This document shows, one piece after another, positions 1 to 8,631 of a DNA stretch of 64,000 bases (the first letter of the stretch is position 1; every line of letters starts with the position of its first letter). The DNA is from Phycisphaerae bacterium. Its GTDB lineage: Bacteria; Planctomycetota; Phycisphaerae; UBA1845. The DNA is taken from positions 2,400,001 to 2,464,000 of the forward strand of contig CAXXGO010000006.1 in the NCBI GenBank assembly GCA_963666835.2, read 5' to 3'. The position numbers and the translations under genes were made by a program. The notes below the pieces were generated by a model. The model worked only from the letters and a program-made list of their open reading frames with translations, did no database searches and had not been told where the DNA came from.

Positions 1-71
1 GCGAGACGTGCTTCTCGGTGGTGCTGCCGGTGCGCTTTCCGCGTTCTTTCGAGGAAGAGGCGAAATCATGA
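1..71 (+). CDS. 3' end of a probable sensor histidine kinase (partial)
   Basis: The frame from position 3 reads ETCFSVVLPVRFPRSFEEEAKS*, resembling the terminal GT-F-V-LP strand of HATPase_c. Its TGA (69-71) overlaps the ATG (68) of a receiver gene. Confidence 0.55.
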   Translation, partial: ETCFSVVLPVRFPRSFEEEAKS

Positions 72-559
72 GCAACTTGGTAATTCTGAGCGTCGAGGAC
101 GAGGTCGAGGTCCGCGATGCGCTCTTACGCGACATTCAGCCCTTTGCAGAGATCTGCCGGATCGAGGAAGCGGAAGATGTGGCCGATGCGCGGGATGCGG
201 TCGCCGACTGTCACGAAGCCGGTGAGCAGTTGGCCCTGGTGCTTTGCGATCACATGTTGCCCGGGGAGTCCGGCGTGGATTTTCTGGTATCGCTCAAGAG
301 CGACGAACGAACGCGCGGCTCACGGAAAGTGCTAGTTACCGGACAGGCCGGGTTGGATGACACGGTCAGAGCGGTGAATCAGGCGGGTCTCGACTACTTC
401 ATCGCCAAGCCCTGGGAGCCGGAGGATCTTCTGGCGATCGTTCGCGCTCAGTTGACCACCTACGTGATCGAAAACGTGGATGATCTTCTTCCGTATGTTC
501 AACTGCTTGACGGCGAGCGGCTGATGGAGGCGATCAAGCACCGCGGGCAGGCGGAGTGA
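68..559 (+). CDS. Single-domain response regulator (receiver)
   Basis: VEDE acidic pocket, phosphoacceptor in VLCDHMLP, conserved T in LVTG and KPW. ATG 68 is preferred over GTG 8 (ATGA overlap, GAGG upstream). Confidence 0.9.
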   Translation: MSNLVILSVEDEVEVRDALLRDIQPFAEICRIEEAEDVADARDAVADCHEAGEQLALVLCDHMLPGESGVDFLVSLKSDERTRGSRKVLVTGQAGLDDTVRAVNQAGLDYFIAKPWEPEDLLAIVRAQLTTYVIENVDDLLPYVQLLDGERLMEAIKHRGQAE

Positions 560-1085
560 GTCTTCGCGCATCGCACGCCGTTGTGGCAGGTCTCGTGCCT
601 CGACCATGCCCTACGGGAGTTCCGAAGACCTATGTAACGCGCGATCAGGTCTTCGCGCAATGCGCGCCGTTGTGGCAGGTCTCGTGCCTCGACCATGCCC
701 TACGGGAGTTCCGAAGACCTATGTAACGCGCGATCAGGTCTTCGCGCAATGCGCGCCGTTGTGGCAGGTCTCGTGCCTCGACCATGCCCTACGGGAGCCC
801 CGAAGACCCGTGTAACGCGCGATCAGGTCTTTGCGCATCGCGCGCCGTTGTGGCAGGTCTCGTGTCTCGACCATGCCCTACGGGAGCCCCGAAGACCCGT
901 GTAACGCGCGATCAGGTCTTCGCGCAATGCGCGCCGTTGTGGCAGGTCTCGTGCCTCGACCATGCCCTACGGGAGCCCCGAAGACCCGTGTAACGCGCGA
1001 TTAGGTCTTTGCGCATCGCGCGCCGTTGTGGCAGGTCTCGTGTCTCGACCATGCCCTACGGGAGTTCCGAAGACCTGTATGACGC
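560..1085. repeat. Tandem array of six 89-bp units, each containing a 30-bp GTAG-type REP-like palindrome
   Basis: Core GGCAGGTCTCGTG(C/T)CTCGACCATGCCCTAC at 585, 674, 763, 852, 941 and 1030. The linkers are nearly identical, and the array lies between convergent genes. Confidence 0.92.
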
Positions 1086-1098
1086 GGCATCAGAATAA

Positions 1099-2043
1099 TC
1101 ACTTGCTGATTGGCTCCACCGCGGTTTGGGCGAGTAGCCTGTCGGCTGCGGCCGGGTCGAATCGTCCCGGGAGCGGGTCGACCGCCGCCGCCGTGGCCGC
1201 GGCAAGCGCCTGGCGATACGAACCGATGACGTCCGCGCCGTGCTGTTGCGCGGCGACAAACGCGCCCAACATGCAGTCGCCGCATCCCACGGTGCTCTTG
1301 ATTCGCCCAGGGGCTACTGCGACTTGTCCGATGAAGGCGGACTCTGCGGTGAACAGATAGCCACCGGCCGCACCGCAGGTGATTATCACCACGTTGATCT
1401 TCCGCGCCAGGTTCCGCCCCAGCCGGACCAGGTCGGAGTCGGCGAGTGTCGTCTGCCCGCTCATCTCGGATAACTCGGCGACATTCGGCTTGATCAGCTC
1501 CAGCTTGCGATCGCTGAGGTTCTGAAGCAGCGCGCCAGGGCCGTCGACCACCACCTTCGCTCCGCGCGAGGAGGCCAAGTCGATAAGCTCGAGGGCGTAG
1601 CCTACGGAAATGCCCGGCGGCAGCGATCCCGAAAGGATCACGATGCGATTGGGCCGGGCGAGGAGCTCGAGCTTGGCGCGGAGCCGATCGAGATCGGTTG
1701 CAGTTGGTGTAACCCCGCGGTCCCGTACGTGGGTTTCCACGTCGCTGTCCGGGTCGATGATGGTGATGTTCTCGCGGGTGGTCCCCTTAACAGCGAGAAA
1801 CTGAGGTTGGACGAGCGTGCCGGAGAGGGATTGCTCATACTCTTCGAGCTGGTCGCGCCCAACGAACCCCAGCGCTATGCTCGCTGCTCCGAGCAGATGC
1901 AGGGTACGACTGACGTTCACGCCCTTGCCGGCCGGTATCCGAGACAACGTCCGACCCTTCAGATGTCCGCCGACCTGGAATCCGCGGACTTCCACGATGC
2001 GATCGATCGCGGGGTTCAACGTGATGGTGACAATCTGGTCCAT
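1099..2043 (-). CDS. 1-phosphofructokinase-family hexose kinase (PfkB)
   Basis: TITLNPAID, AGKGVNVS, LSGSLPPG, IKPNxxE and STVGCGD are PfkB/FruK signatures. Confidence 0.9.
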   Translation of the reverse strand: MDQIVTITLNPAIDRIVEVRGFQVGGHLKGRTLSRIPAGKGVNVSRTLHLLGAASIALGFVGRDQLEEYEQSLSGTLVQPQFLAVKGTTRENITIIDPDSDVETHVRDRGVTPTATDLDRLRAKLELLARPNRIVILSGSLPPGISVGYALELIDLASSRGAKVVVDGPGALLQNLSDRKLELIKPNVAELSEMSGQTTLADSDLVRLGRNLARKINVVIITCGAAGGYLFTAESAFIGQVAVAPGRIKSTVGCGDCMLGAFVAAQQHGADVIGSYRQALAAATAAAVDPLPGRFDPAAADRLLAQTAVEPISK

Positions 2044-2142
2044 GGTCTGCAACTGAGCAAGCTGTGGGATACAAGGTGGTTCGTTCTACGCCTGCGAGCC
2101 CGGGTGCTACATTAGCGGGACGGAATCGCGTACGATAATGCC

Positions 2143-2877
2143 ATGGCGAATATTCGTGATTCCGCCGTGGTTCTCAAGCGTCTCGATTACTCAGAGACGT
2201 CTCAGGTCATTGTGTTCTTCACCAAAGCTCACGGCAAGGTCCGGGCGATTGGCAAGGGAATAAAGCGGAGTACCAAGACCCGCTTCGCCGTTGGAATCGA
2301 TCTTCTCGACCTCGGTGAATTGGTGGTCAGCCATCGGTCGGACCGGGCCGCGGCGTTGGCGAACGTCATCGAGTGGAAGCAGACCCGAAGCCTCTCCGGA
2401 CTGCGCGAGCGGCTCAATCGCACCTACGGTGCCCAGTACGCGGCAGAGATCTCCGGGCATCTGACCGAGGATTGGGATCCGCACCCGGAGCTGTTCGATG
2501 CCCTGGTAGCGGCTCTGGAGGAACTGGCCGATGCCACGGATGTGCTGGGGGCCGTCGTAGGCTATCAGTTGGCCTTGCTTCGTTCGATTGGTTCGCTACC
2601 CCGGTTCGATGCGTGTGTTCTCTGTGGTCGGACTGGGGATCTTACGCATTTCTCGTCGTTTGAGGGGGGCGTGGTTTGCCGTCATTGTGAAGCGGGGCAG
2701 ATCGAGAAGCGAGAGGTTACCGTGGCCACTTTGGGGGTATTCCAGGGCATGGAGGGCGCGGCATCGATCGTTGGGCCGTTCGATCTGCTCAATTACCACA
2801 TTTCCCATTTGATGGGGCGCGAGCCTGCTCTGGCCGCGAAGTTGGTCCCTCCCGCAAGACGCCGCACGCTTGATTGA
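2143..2877 (+). CDS. recO: DNA repair protein RecO
   Basis: N-terminal OB fold (DYSETS...FTxxHGKV..IGKG) and a CxxC...GGxxCxxC zinc finger. Confidence 0.9.
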   Translation: MANIRDSAVVLKRLDYSETSQVIVFFTKAHGKVRAIGKGIKRSTKTRFAVGIDLLDLGELVVSHRSDRAAALANVIEWKQTRSLSGLRERLNRTYGAQYAAEISGHLTEDWDPHPELFDALVAALEELADATDVLGAVVGYQLALLRSIGSLPRFDACVLCGRTGDLTHFSSFEGGVVCRHCEAGQIEKREVTVATLGVFQGMEGAASIVGPFDLLNYHISHLMGREPALAAKLVPPARRRTLD

Positions 2878-3234
2878 CGTTACGGTTCACTGACCCCGGC
2901 CACTGAATTTGCCGGACTTCCGCTTTAACAATGCCGTGAATCTGGGGGGACGAGATAGTCGGGGGCGTTGTCTCTCCAGGTTGAGCGTCCGGTGCGGATA
3001 GGGCCTGCAAGGTTGTTGTGGCGAAAGGTTTGTGCCGGATACACCGATGATCTCACCACTGGCTTCATCCAACAAAGGAGGTATGATATGCCCGTCGCGA
3101 CCCAAGCACGCAGGCCCTATGGCGGTTCGTCTGTTCCCGAGGATGTAAGTGCGAAGCACGGGGAGCGTCCTGCGAAGAACCGCAGGTCGTCGGGGGGGGC
3201 ACGATCCAGATACCAAAGTGATTTCGGAGTAGGC

Positions 3235-6200
3235 ATGGCAACTACCAAATACGTGTACGCATTCGGCGGCAAGAAGGTTGAGGGTAAGGCAGACCAGAAG
3301 GAGCTGCTGGGTGGTAAGGGCGTCGGGCTGGCGGAGATGACGCGCATCGGGTTACCGGTGCCCGCCGGGTTTACCATTACTACCGAGGCGTGCGCCGTCT
3401 TTAATGACCAGGGGCAGACCTGGCCGGCGGGCTTGGAGAAGGAGATCCGCCTGGCTATCGCAGGTTTGCAGCGCACCACTAAGAAGAAGCTGGGTGATGC
3501 CGATGACCCGCTCTTGGTTTCCGTACGCTCCGGAGCGGCGTTGTCGATGCCGGGGATGATGGAGACCATTCTGAATCTCGGGCTGAACGATAGGTCGGTC
3601 GAGGGTCTGGCCCGCGCCGCGTCCAATCCCCGGTTTGCTTTCGATGCCTACCGTCGCTTGATCATGATGTACGGATCGACGGCTCGGGGGATCGATCGGG
3701 AGCTGTTTGACACGGCCTTTGACGACGTGAAGGAAACCCGCACGGCCGTGCGTTTGGGACGGGCTCCCGGTGAGAAGGTCGTAGATACTGACGTCAACGC
3801 CGACGAGCTTCGCCATTTGGTCGACGTGTTCAAGTCCATCTATCGAGAACATTGCGGAGAGGAGTTCCCGCAGGACCCGTTCGATCAGCTTGCCGGAGCA
3901 ATCGACGCGGTGTTCAACAGTTGGATGGCGGAGAAGGCTGTCACCTATCGTCGGGTGGAGAACATCCACGGTCTGCGCGGCACGGCCGTCAATGTCTGCC
4001 AGATGGTATACGGCAACATGGGAGACGACTGCGGGACGGGCGTGTGCTTCACGCGCGATCCGAGCACGGGCGAAGCGACGTTCTACGGCGATATGCTGAT
4101 TAACGCTCAGGGCGAGGATGTGGTAGCCGGTATCCGGACGCCGCTGCGCCTGGCGGAACTGCGGAACATCATGCCGGAAGTGTACGAGCAGCTCGAGGCC
4201 GTGCGCGTGATGCTCGAATTGCACTACGGGGACATGCAGGATCTGGAGTTTACGATTGAGCGTGGCAAGCTCTACATGCTGCAGTGCCGGACGGGGAAAC
4301 GCTCTCCGCGGGCGGCGTTCAGGATCGCAGTGGATCAAGCTACGCAAGGTCTGATGACCGCGGCCGAGGCGAAGCAGTTGGTGAAGAAGAAGTACCTGCC
4401 GAAGAAGTACGAGGTGCCGGCGAGCAAGCCGATCATCACCAAACAAGATGCCATCCGGCGCATTGCTGCGACGGATATCGAGCGGTTGTTCTACCCGATT
4501 ATTGATGCGGGCGTACCCCGCGCGGAGTTGGACGAGAAGCGACTCGGCGAGGGGATCGGGGCGGTTCCCGGGGCGGCGTGCGGTGAGGTTGCGTTCTCGG
4601 CCGAGGATGCGGAAGCTCGTTCGCAAACCGGGGCACGCGTAATTCTCGTGCGCAAGGAAACGTCGCCGGAAGATGTCGGTGGGATGCACGTGGCGACCGG
4701 AATTCTGACGGCTACCGGTGGGAAGACGTCCCACGCGGCCGTCGTGGCCCGAGGCTGGGGAAAATGCTGCATCGTCGGCTGCGAGGCGCTGACGGTTGAT
4801 TATGATGCCAAGGAACTGTCGCTGAATGGCCGGGTGATCAGAGAAGGGGAATCGCTCACCCTCGACGGTGGGACGGGCGAGATTTACGAGGGCGAAGTTC
4901 CGCTGGAACGGCCGAGCGCTCCGCCGGAATATGACACGATCATGTCATGGTGCGACGAGATTCGCCGGCTCCGGGTGCGGACGAACGCCGATACACCGGC
5001 CGATGCCCGGCGGGCGGTCGAGCTTGGGGCGGAAGGGATCGGTTTGTGTCGTACCGAACACATGTTCTTCGATCCAAGTCAGCCGCAGCGGATTCGGGCG
5101 ATGCGCGAGATGATCCTGGCGGATCGTACGGAGAGTCGCCGACAGGCCTTGGACAAGCTGCTGCCGTTCCAACGTGGTGATTTCGAGGGCGTTTTCGAGG
5201 CGATGGACGGGCGTCCGGTGACCGTACGCCTGTTGGATCCGCCGTTGCACGAGTTCCTGCCGCATCATGACAATGCGGAGGCTCAGCAGGACCTGGCCGA
5301 CGACCTGGGCATCTCCGTTGAGGCCGTTCAGCGTCGCGTCGACCTGCTGGCCGAAGCCAACCCCATGCTCGGGCATCGCGGTTGCCGACTATCGATCACC
5401 TATCCCGAGATTCTGGAGATGCAGGTCCGGGCGATCATGGAGGCGGCGGTCAACTGTACGCAGCGCGGTGTCACCGTGGTTCCGGAGATAATGATCCCGC
5501 TCAGTATCGACGCCCGAGAGCTGGCGATTCTGATCGAAAGAACGCGGGCCGTGGCCGATGGCATCCTCAAGGAGCGGGAGTGCGATCTGAAGTACCTCGT
5601 GGGGACCATGGTGGAGACGCCGCGGGCGGCGCTGGTCGCCGGGCGGATGGCTGAGGTGGCCGAGTTTTTCAGTTTCGGAACCAACGACCTTACGCAGTTC
5701 ACCATGGCATTGTCCCGTGATGATTCCGGCCGCTTCCTGCCGGAGTACGTCGATCAGGACAAAGACGCGATCTTCCCGGACCAGCCGTTCCACTCGATCG
5801 ACATCGACGGCGTGGGGGCGCTGGTTCGCATGGCCTGCGAGAACGGGCGGGCGGCACGCAAGAGCATCAAGCTTGGGATATGCGGCGAGCACGGGGGCGA
5901 GCCGGCGTCGATCGCGTTCTGTGAATCGGTCGGGCTCGACTACGTTTCGTGTAGCCCCTTCAGGGTCCCGATCGCCCGGTTGGCCGCTGCGCAAGCCGTG
6001 ATTGCGGCGAAGGGTGCGGCTCCCAAGGCGAAGAAAGCCGCCGGCAAGAGCCCCGCTCGGGCTGCCAAGAAGAAGTCAGCTAAGAAGACGGCAAAGAAGC
6101 CCGCGAAGGCCAAGAAGGCGGCGAATAAGAAGGCCGGCAAGGCCAAGAAGACCACCAAGAAAGTAGCGAAGTCCAAGAAGACTGCCAAGAAGAAGGTGGC

Positions 6201-6291
6201 GAAGAAGGGGACCGCTAAGAAGAAGGCCGTCACGAAGGTGGCGAAGGCTAAGAAGGCGGCGAAGAAGAAGGCGAAACGGGCTCGTCGTTAG
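3235..6291 (+). CDS. ppdK: Pyruvate, phosphate dikinase with a Lys/Ala-rich C-terminal tail
   Basis: LLGGKG, VSVRSGA, GEDVVAG, catalytic His motif GGKTSHAAVVARG, GLCRTEHMF, FSFGTNDLTQ and ICGEHGG. ATG 3235 has GGAG upstream; there is an alternative in-frame ATG at 3088. Confidence 0.97.
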   Translation: MATTKYVYAFGGKKVEGKADQKELLGGKGVGLAEMTRIGLPVPAGFTITTEACAVFNDQGQTWPAGLEKEIRLAIAGLQRTTKKKLGDADDPLLVSVRSGAALSMPGMMETILNLGLNDRSVEGLARAASNPRFAFDAYRRLIMMYGSTARGIDRELFDTAFDDVKETRTAVRLGRAPGEKVVDTDVNADELRHLVDVFKSIYREHCGEEFPQDPFDQLAGAIDAVFNSWMAEKAVTYRRVENIHGLRGTAVNVCQMVYGNMGDDCGTGVCFTRDPSTGEATFYGDMLINAQGEDVVAGIRTPLRLAELRNIMPEVYEQLEAVRVMLELHYGDMQDLEFTIERGKLYMLQCRTGKRSPRAAFRIAVDQATQGLMTAAEAKQLVKKKYLPKKYEVPASKPIITKQDAIRRIAATDIERLFYPIIDAGVPRAELDEKRLGEGIGAVPGAACGEVAFSAEDAEARSQTGARVILVRKETSPEDVGGMHVATGILTATGGKTSHAAVVARGWGKCCIVGCEALTVDYDAKELSLNGRVIREGESLTLDGGTGEIYEGEVPLERPSAPPEYDTIMSWCDEIRRLRVRTNADTPADARRAVELGAEGIGLCRTEHMFFDPSQPQRIRAMREMILADRTESRRQALDKLLPFQRGDFEGVFEAMDGRPVTVRLLDPPLHEFLPHHDNAEAQQDLADDLGISVEAVQRRVDLLAEANPMLGHRGCRLSITYPEILEMQVRAIMEAAVNCTQRGVTVVPEIMIPLSIDARELAILIERTRAVADGILKERECDLKYLVGTMVETPRAALVAGRMAEVAEFFSFGTNDLTQFTMALSRDDSGRFLPEYVDQDKDAIFPDQPFHSIDIDGVGALVRMACENGRAARKSIKLGICGEHGGEPASIAFCESVGLDYVSCSPFRVPIARLAAAQAVIAAKGAAPKAKKAAGKSPARAAKKKSAKKTAKKPAKAKKAANKKAGKAKKTTKKVAKSKKTAKKKVAKKGTAKKKAVTKVAKAKKAAKKKAKRARR

Positions 6292-6398
6292 GCATACACG
6301 CGCGCTGGGGTGGTTGGTTTGAGCCGCTCAGCACGGAACGTCGTTGTGCAACTACCGCCTATGGTTGGGTGGTGCGCCGACGCTGCTCCCCTCAAGGT

Positions 6399-6730
6399 GC
6401 TGGTGACCCCTGTGCTATCGATGGCAGGTCTCGTTCCTCGACCGTGCCCTACCAAGCCGGCGTCGCGAGGCGTATTCGACGAAGCTGGTGACCCCTGTGC
6501 AATCTGATGGCAGGTCTCGTTCCTCGACCGTGCCCTACCAAGCCGGCGTCGCGAGGCGTATTCGACGAAGCTGGTGACCCCTGTGCAATCGATGGCAGGT
6601 CTCGTTCCTCGACCGTGCCCTACCAAGCCGGCGTCGCGAGGCGTATTCGACGAAGCTGGTGACCCCTGTGCAATCTGATGGCAGGTCTCGTTCCTCGACC
6701 GTGCCCTACCAAGCCGGCGTCGCGAGGCGT
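6399..6730. repeat. Tandem array of four 85/86-bp units carrying the same GTAG REP-like core
   Basis: Core GGCAGGTCTCGTTCCTCGACCGTGCCCTAC at 6423, 6509, 6594 and 6680. The linker is unrelated to that of the first array. Confidence 0.92.
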
Positions 6731-6744
6731 TTCGCCAAGGCCAT

Positions 6745-6824
6745 TTGACCCTCACCTTCTTGACAAATGTCAAGATCAGCAGGGCCAAGCAGATTGCCTT
6801 GACCTTTCCGGTGACGGCAATCTG
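6745..6824. terminator. Two consecutive stem-loops between convergent ppdK and peptidase genes (possible bidirectional terminator)
   Basis: TCTTGACA-AA-TGTCAAGA (6758-6775) within a longer stem, followed by CAGATTGCC...GGCAATCTG. There is no clear U-tract. Confidence 0.35.
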
Positions 6825-6863
6825 TCTCGCTTCGCTGGTCGGCGGTGCGAATCCCGTTCCGTC

Positions 6864-8318
6864 TTACGGGCAAGCACTGGGGTCACTGAACGGGTAGGCT
6901 TGCCCCTGGAACCCTTGCACGGCCAGCATTACATCCGTCATGTTGGCCACCTGGTTCGGGATTTCTCCGTCGAGGTCTACCCATGTCAAGGGAGGTGCGC
7001 TCGCCAGCACCTGGAAGCCCTGGAGGGTCGCCATGATATCATCCATGCTCACGATGCCGTTGGGCGCGCTCCAGGTAACGCCCCCGAATGCGCCCACCAC
7101 GTCCGCCCAGTTCTTCGGAGTCGGCTGGCCAACGGTTTCAAACTCTGCCGGCTCGCCGAGATGGATACCGTCCGCCGATACCGCAATTGCGTATGTCGCG
7201 GCGGGGACGATCTCGCAGTCGCCCACATTGACCAACGCGGGCCAGGCATCGCTGAAGAACGGCGTGTCTTCGACTGTGGAGAAGCCGTCCATGTCCGGTT
7301 CGGATACCCAACCCACAGACCCGGTCGACGTCGGGAAATGCGCACTCGAGGTCATCTCCACATGGTAAGCCACCGGCACGGCGTTGCTCCCCGGTACGAA
7401 TGACAGGTACCGATTCTTCGGCGTGTTGTCCGGGGATGCGGGCTCTTCGGCCGGGAGCAGGCTCCAGGCATCCAAATGATCGGTCAGAGTCCGAATGGTT
7501 GCTTCCGCCGCGTCGCTTGCTTCGGCTAGGCTCAGGGCGGATCCGACGTGCACGTGGCCCGAGGCGGCGACCCAGGCGGGATCGCTACGGTCGGAATGCA
7601 GTACGCGGTACCAGCACGCGTGGTACCCGAGGAAATTGCACAGGAACCTGCTGGTATCGATTGTCGTTGAATAGACGGTCAGCGTTGGCACGTCGGCAAC
7701 GACCGCGTCGATGATCTCCTGAAACGGTAACGTCGACCACCGCTCCGTGCCGGATGGCTCAGAGGCGATGGGCAGTTCCGGCGTCGGATCGAACGGGGCG
7801 AGGTAGTCGTCAGTCCAGATGCTCAACGCATACATCCGCGCGCCGCCCTCGAGTTCCCAGTCCATATCGTCGTCGGCGCGGCCGAACGTGATGATGGCGA
7901 TGGGCTCGACCTGTGCGACGATATCCCAGAAGTCTGCGGACGTATCCTGATAGTCAACCTCGAAATCGCCTTCGCCCTTGCCCAGGCCTTCCGGAAACTC
8001 CGGGAAGAAGGCGTAGACGTTGTAGCCGCGGCCCTCCCAGTCTTCGCCGATCCAGCCGTCCGGGTTCTGTTCGGCGTTGTTGCTGAACGGGCGGAGCATC
8101 TCATTGGTGGGCGGCCAGTAGCCGGTGACCATGATGTTGGGCAAGTCGTTGTCGGCCAGATCAACCGGGCCGCGCTCGCCGCTAAGCTGAATCGCGCGGG
8201 CATAGTCCGGTAGCGGGGTCCCTTCGCGTTCCTTATACTTCTGGGCCAAGGACGTTTCCTCGGCGGCGATCATCACGATTGCGGCAAGCGCTGCGATACG
8301 GAAGAGGTGCGACTGCAT
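6864..8318 (-). CDS. Secreted pyroglutamyl-peptidase-I-like (C15) protein with a C-terminal dockerin-like domain
   Basis: AAGGAG RBS and signal peptide MQSHLFRIAALAAIVMIAA. IMVTGY, WELE, FLCN and GHVHV mirror the C15 VTGF / E / CN / FIHVP motifs. The C-terminus has DVVG..PNGIVSMDD and DLDG..NMTD calcium-loop-like repeats. Confidence 0.65.
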   Translation of the reverse strand: MQSHLFRIAALAAIVMIAAEETSLAQKYKEREGTPLPDYARAIQLSGERGPVDLADNDLPNIMVTGYWPPTNEMLRPFSNNAEQNPDGWIGEDWEGRGYNVYAFFPEFPEGLGKGEGDFEVDYQDTSADFWDIVAQVEPIAIITFGRADDDMDWELEGGARMYALSIWTDDYLAPFDPTPELPIASEPSGTERWSTLPFQEIIDAVVADVPTLTVYSTTIDTSRFLCNFLGYHACWYRVLHSDRSDPAWVAASGHVHVGSALSLAEASDAAEATIRTLTDHLDAWSLLPAEEPASPDNTPKNRYLSFVPGSNAVPVAYHVEMTSSAHFPTSTGSVGWVSEPDMDGFSTVEDTPFFSDAWPALVNVGDCEIVPAATYAIAVSADGIHLGEPAEFETVGQPTPKNWADVVGAFGGVTWSAPNGIVSMDDIMATLQGFQVLASAPPLTWVDLDGEIPNQVANMTDVMLAVQGFQGQAYPFSDPSACP

Positions 8319-8631
8319 GTCAGGCTCCTTTCCACTGAGGTTTGCCGGGCGTGCCCGGTGCCCTCCGTTTTTCGTTCCGGCGGCGACTGGAAGAACCGCC
8401 ACTGAGCGGGGAGCCCGGTGACGGAGTTGGTTCGGCCGGAATCCCGGCGCGCAACCCCACCTGGGCGACCCGCTGCTCGCCCAGTGTACCAGCTTATAGG
8501 TCCCGATTGAAACCTTTTCTTGGGGATCGTTGTCCCCGACGAGCGGGGTGGCGGGTTGGGCCGGTAATAGGGCGGCCAGGCGGCCCGACACCGAGCGAAA
8601 GGCGGCTGCTATGGGTCAGTCCGGCGCTATC

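Noticed and set aside
560..1085. CRISPR array (30-bp palindromic repeat at regular spacing; also 6399-6730)
   Set aside because: The intervening sequences are near-identical and 55-59 bp rather than unique spacers. There are no cas genes, and the same core occurs singly and inverted elsewhere.
606..1360. Repeated 69-aa ORFs (MPYGS...) and similar ORFs at 6288-6788 and 11061-11893
   Set aside because: They are translations of the non-coding repeats; the 89-bp period is not a multiple of 3 and there is no RBS.
6760..6773. FNR/CRP-like box TTGAC-N4-GTCAA
   Set aside because: It lies between two convergent 3' ends with no promoter to control, and is better explained as part of a hairpin.
8319..8591. 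N-terminal extensions in the ORF track (also 2968, 12061, 22501, 26598, 29359, 43016, 49723, 57854, 62268)
   Set aside because: Downstream ATGs have an RBS and/or place signal peptides or conserved domains at the N-terminus.
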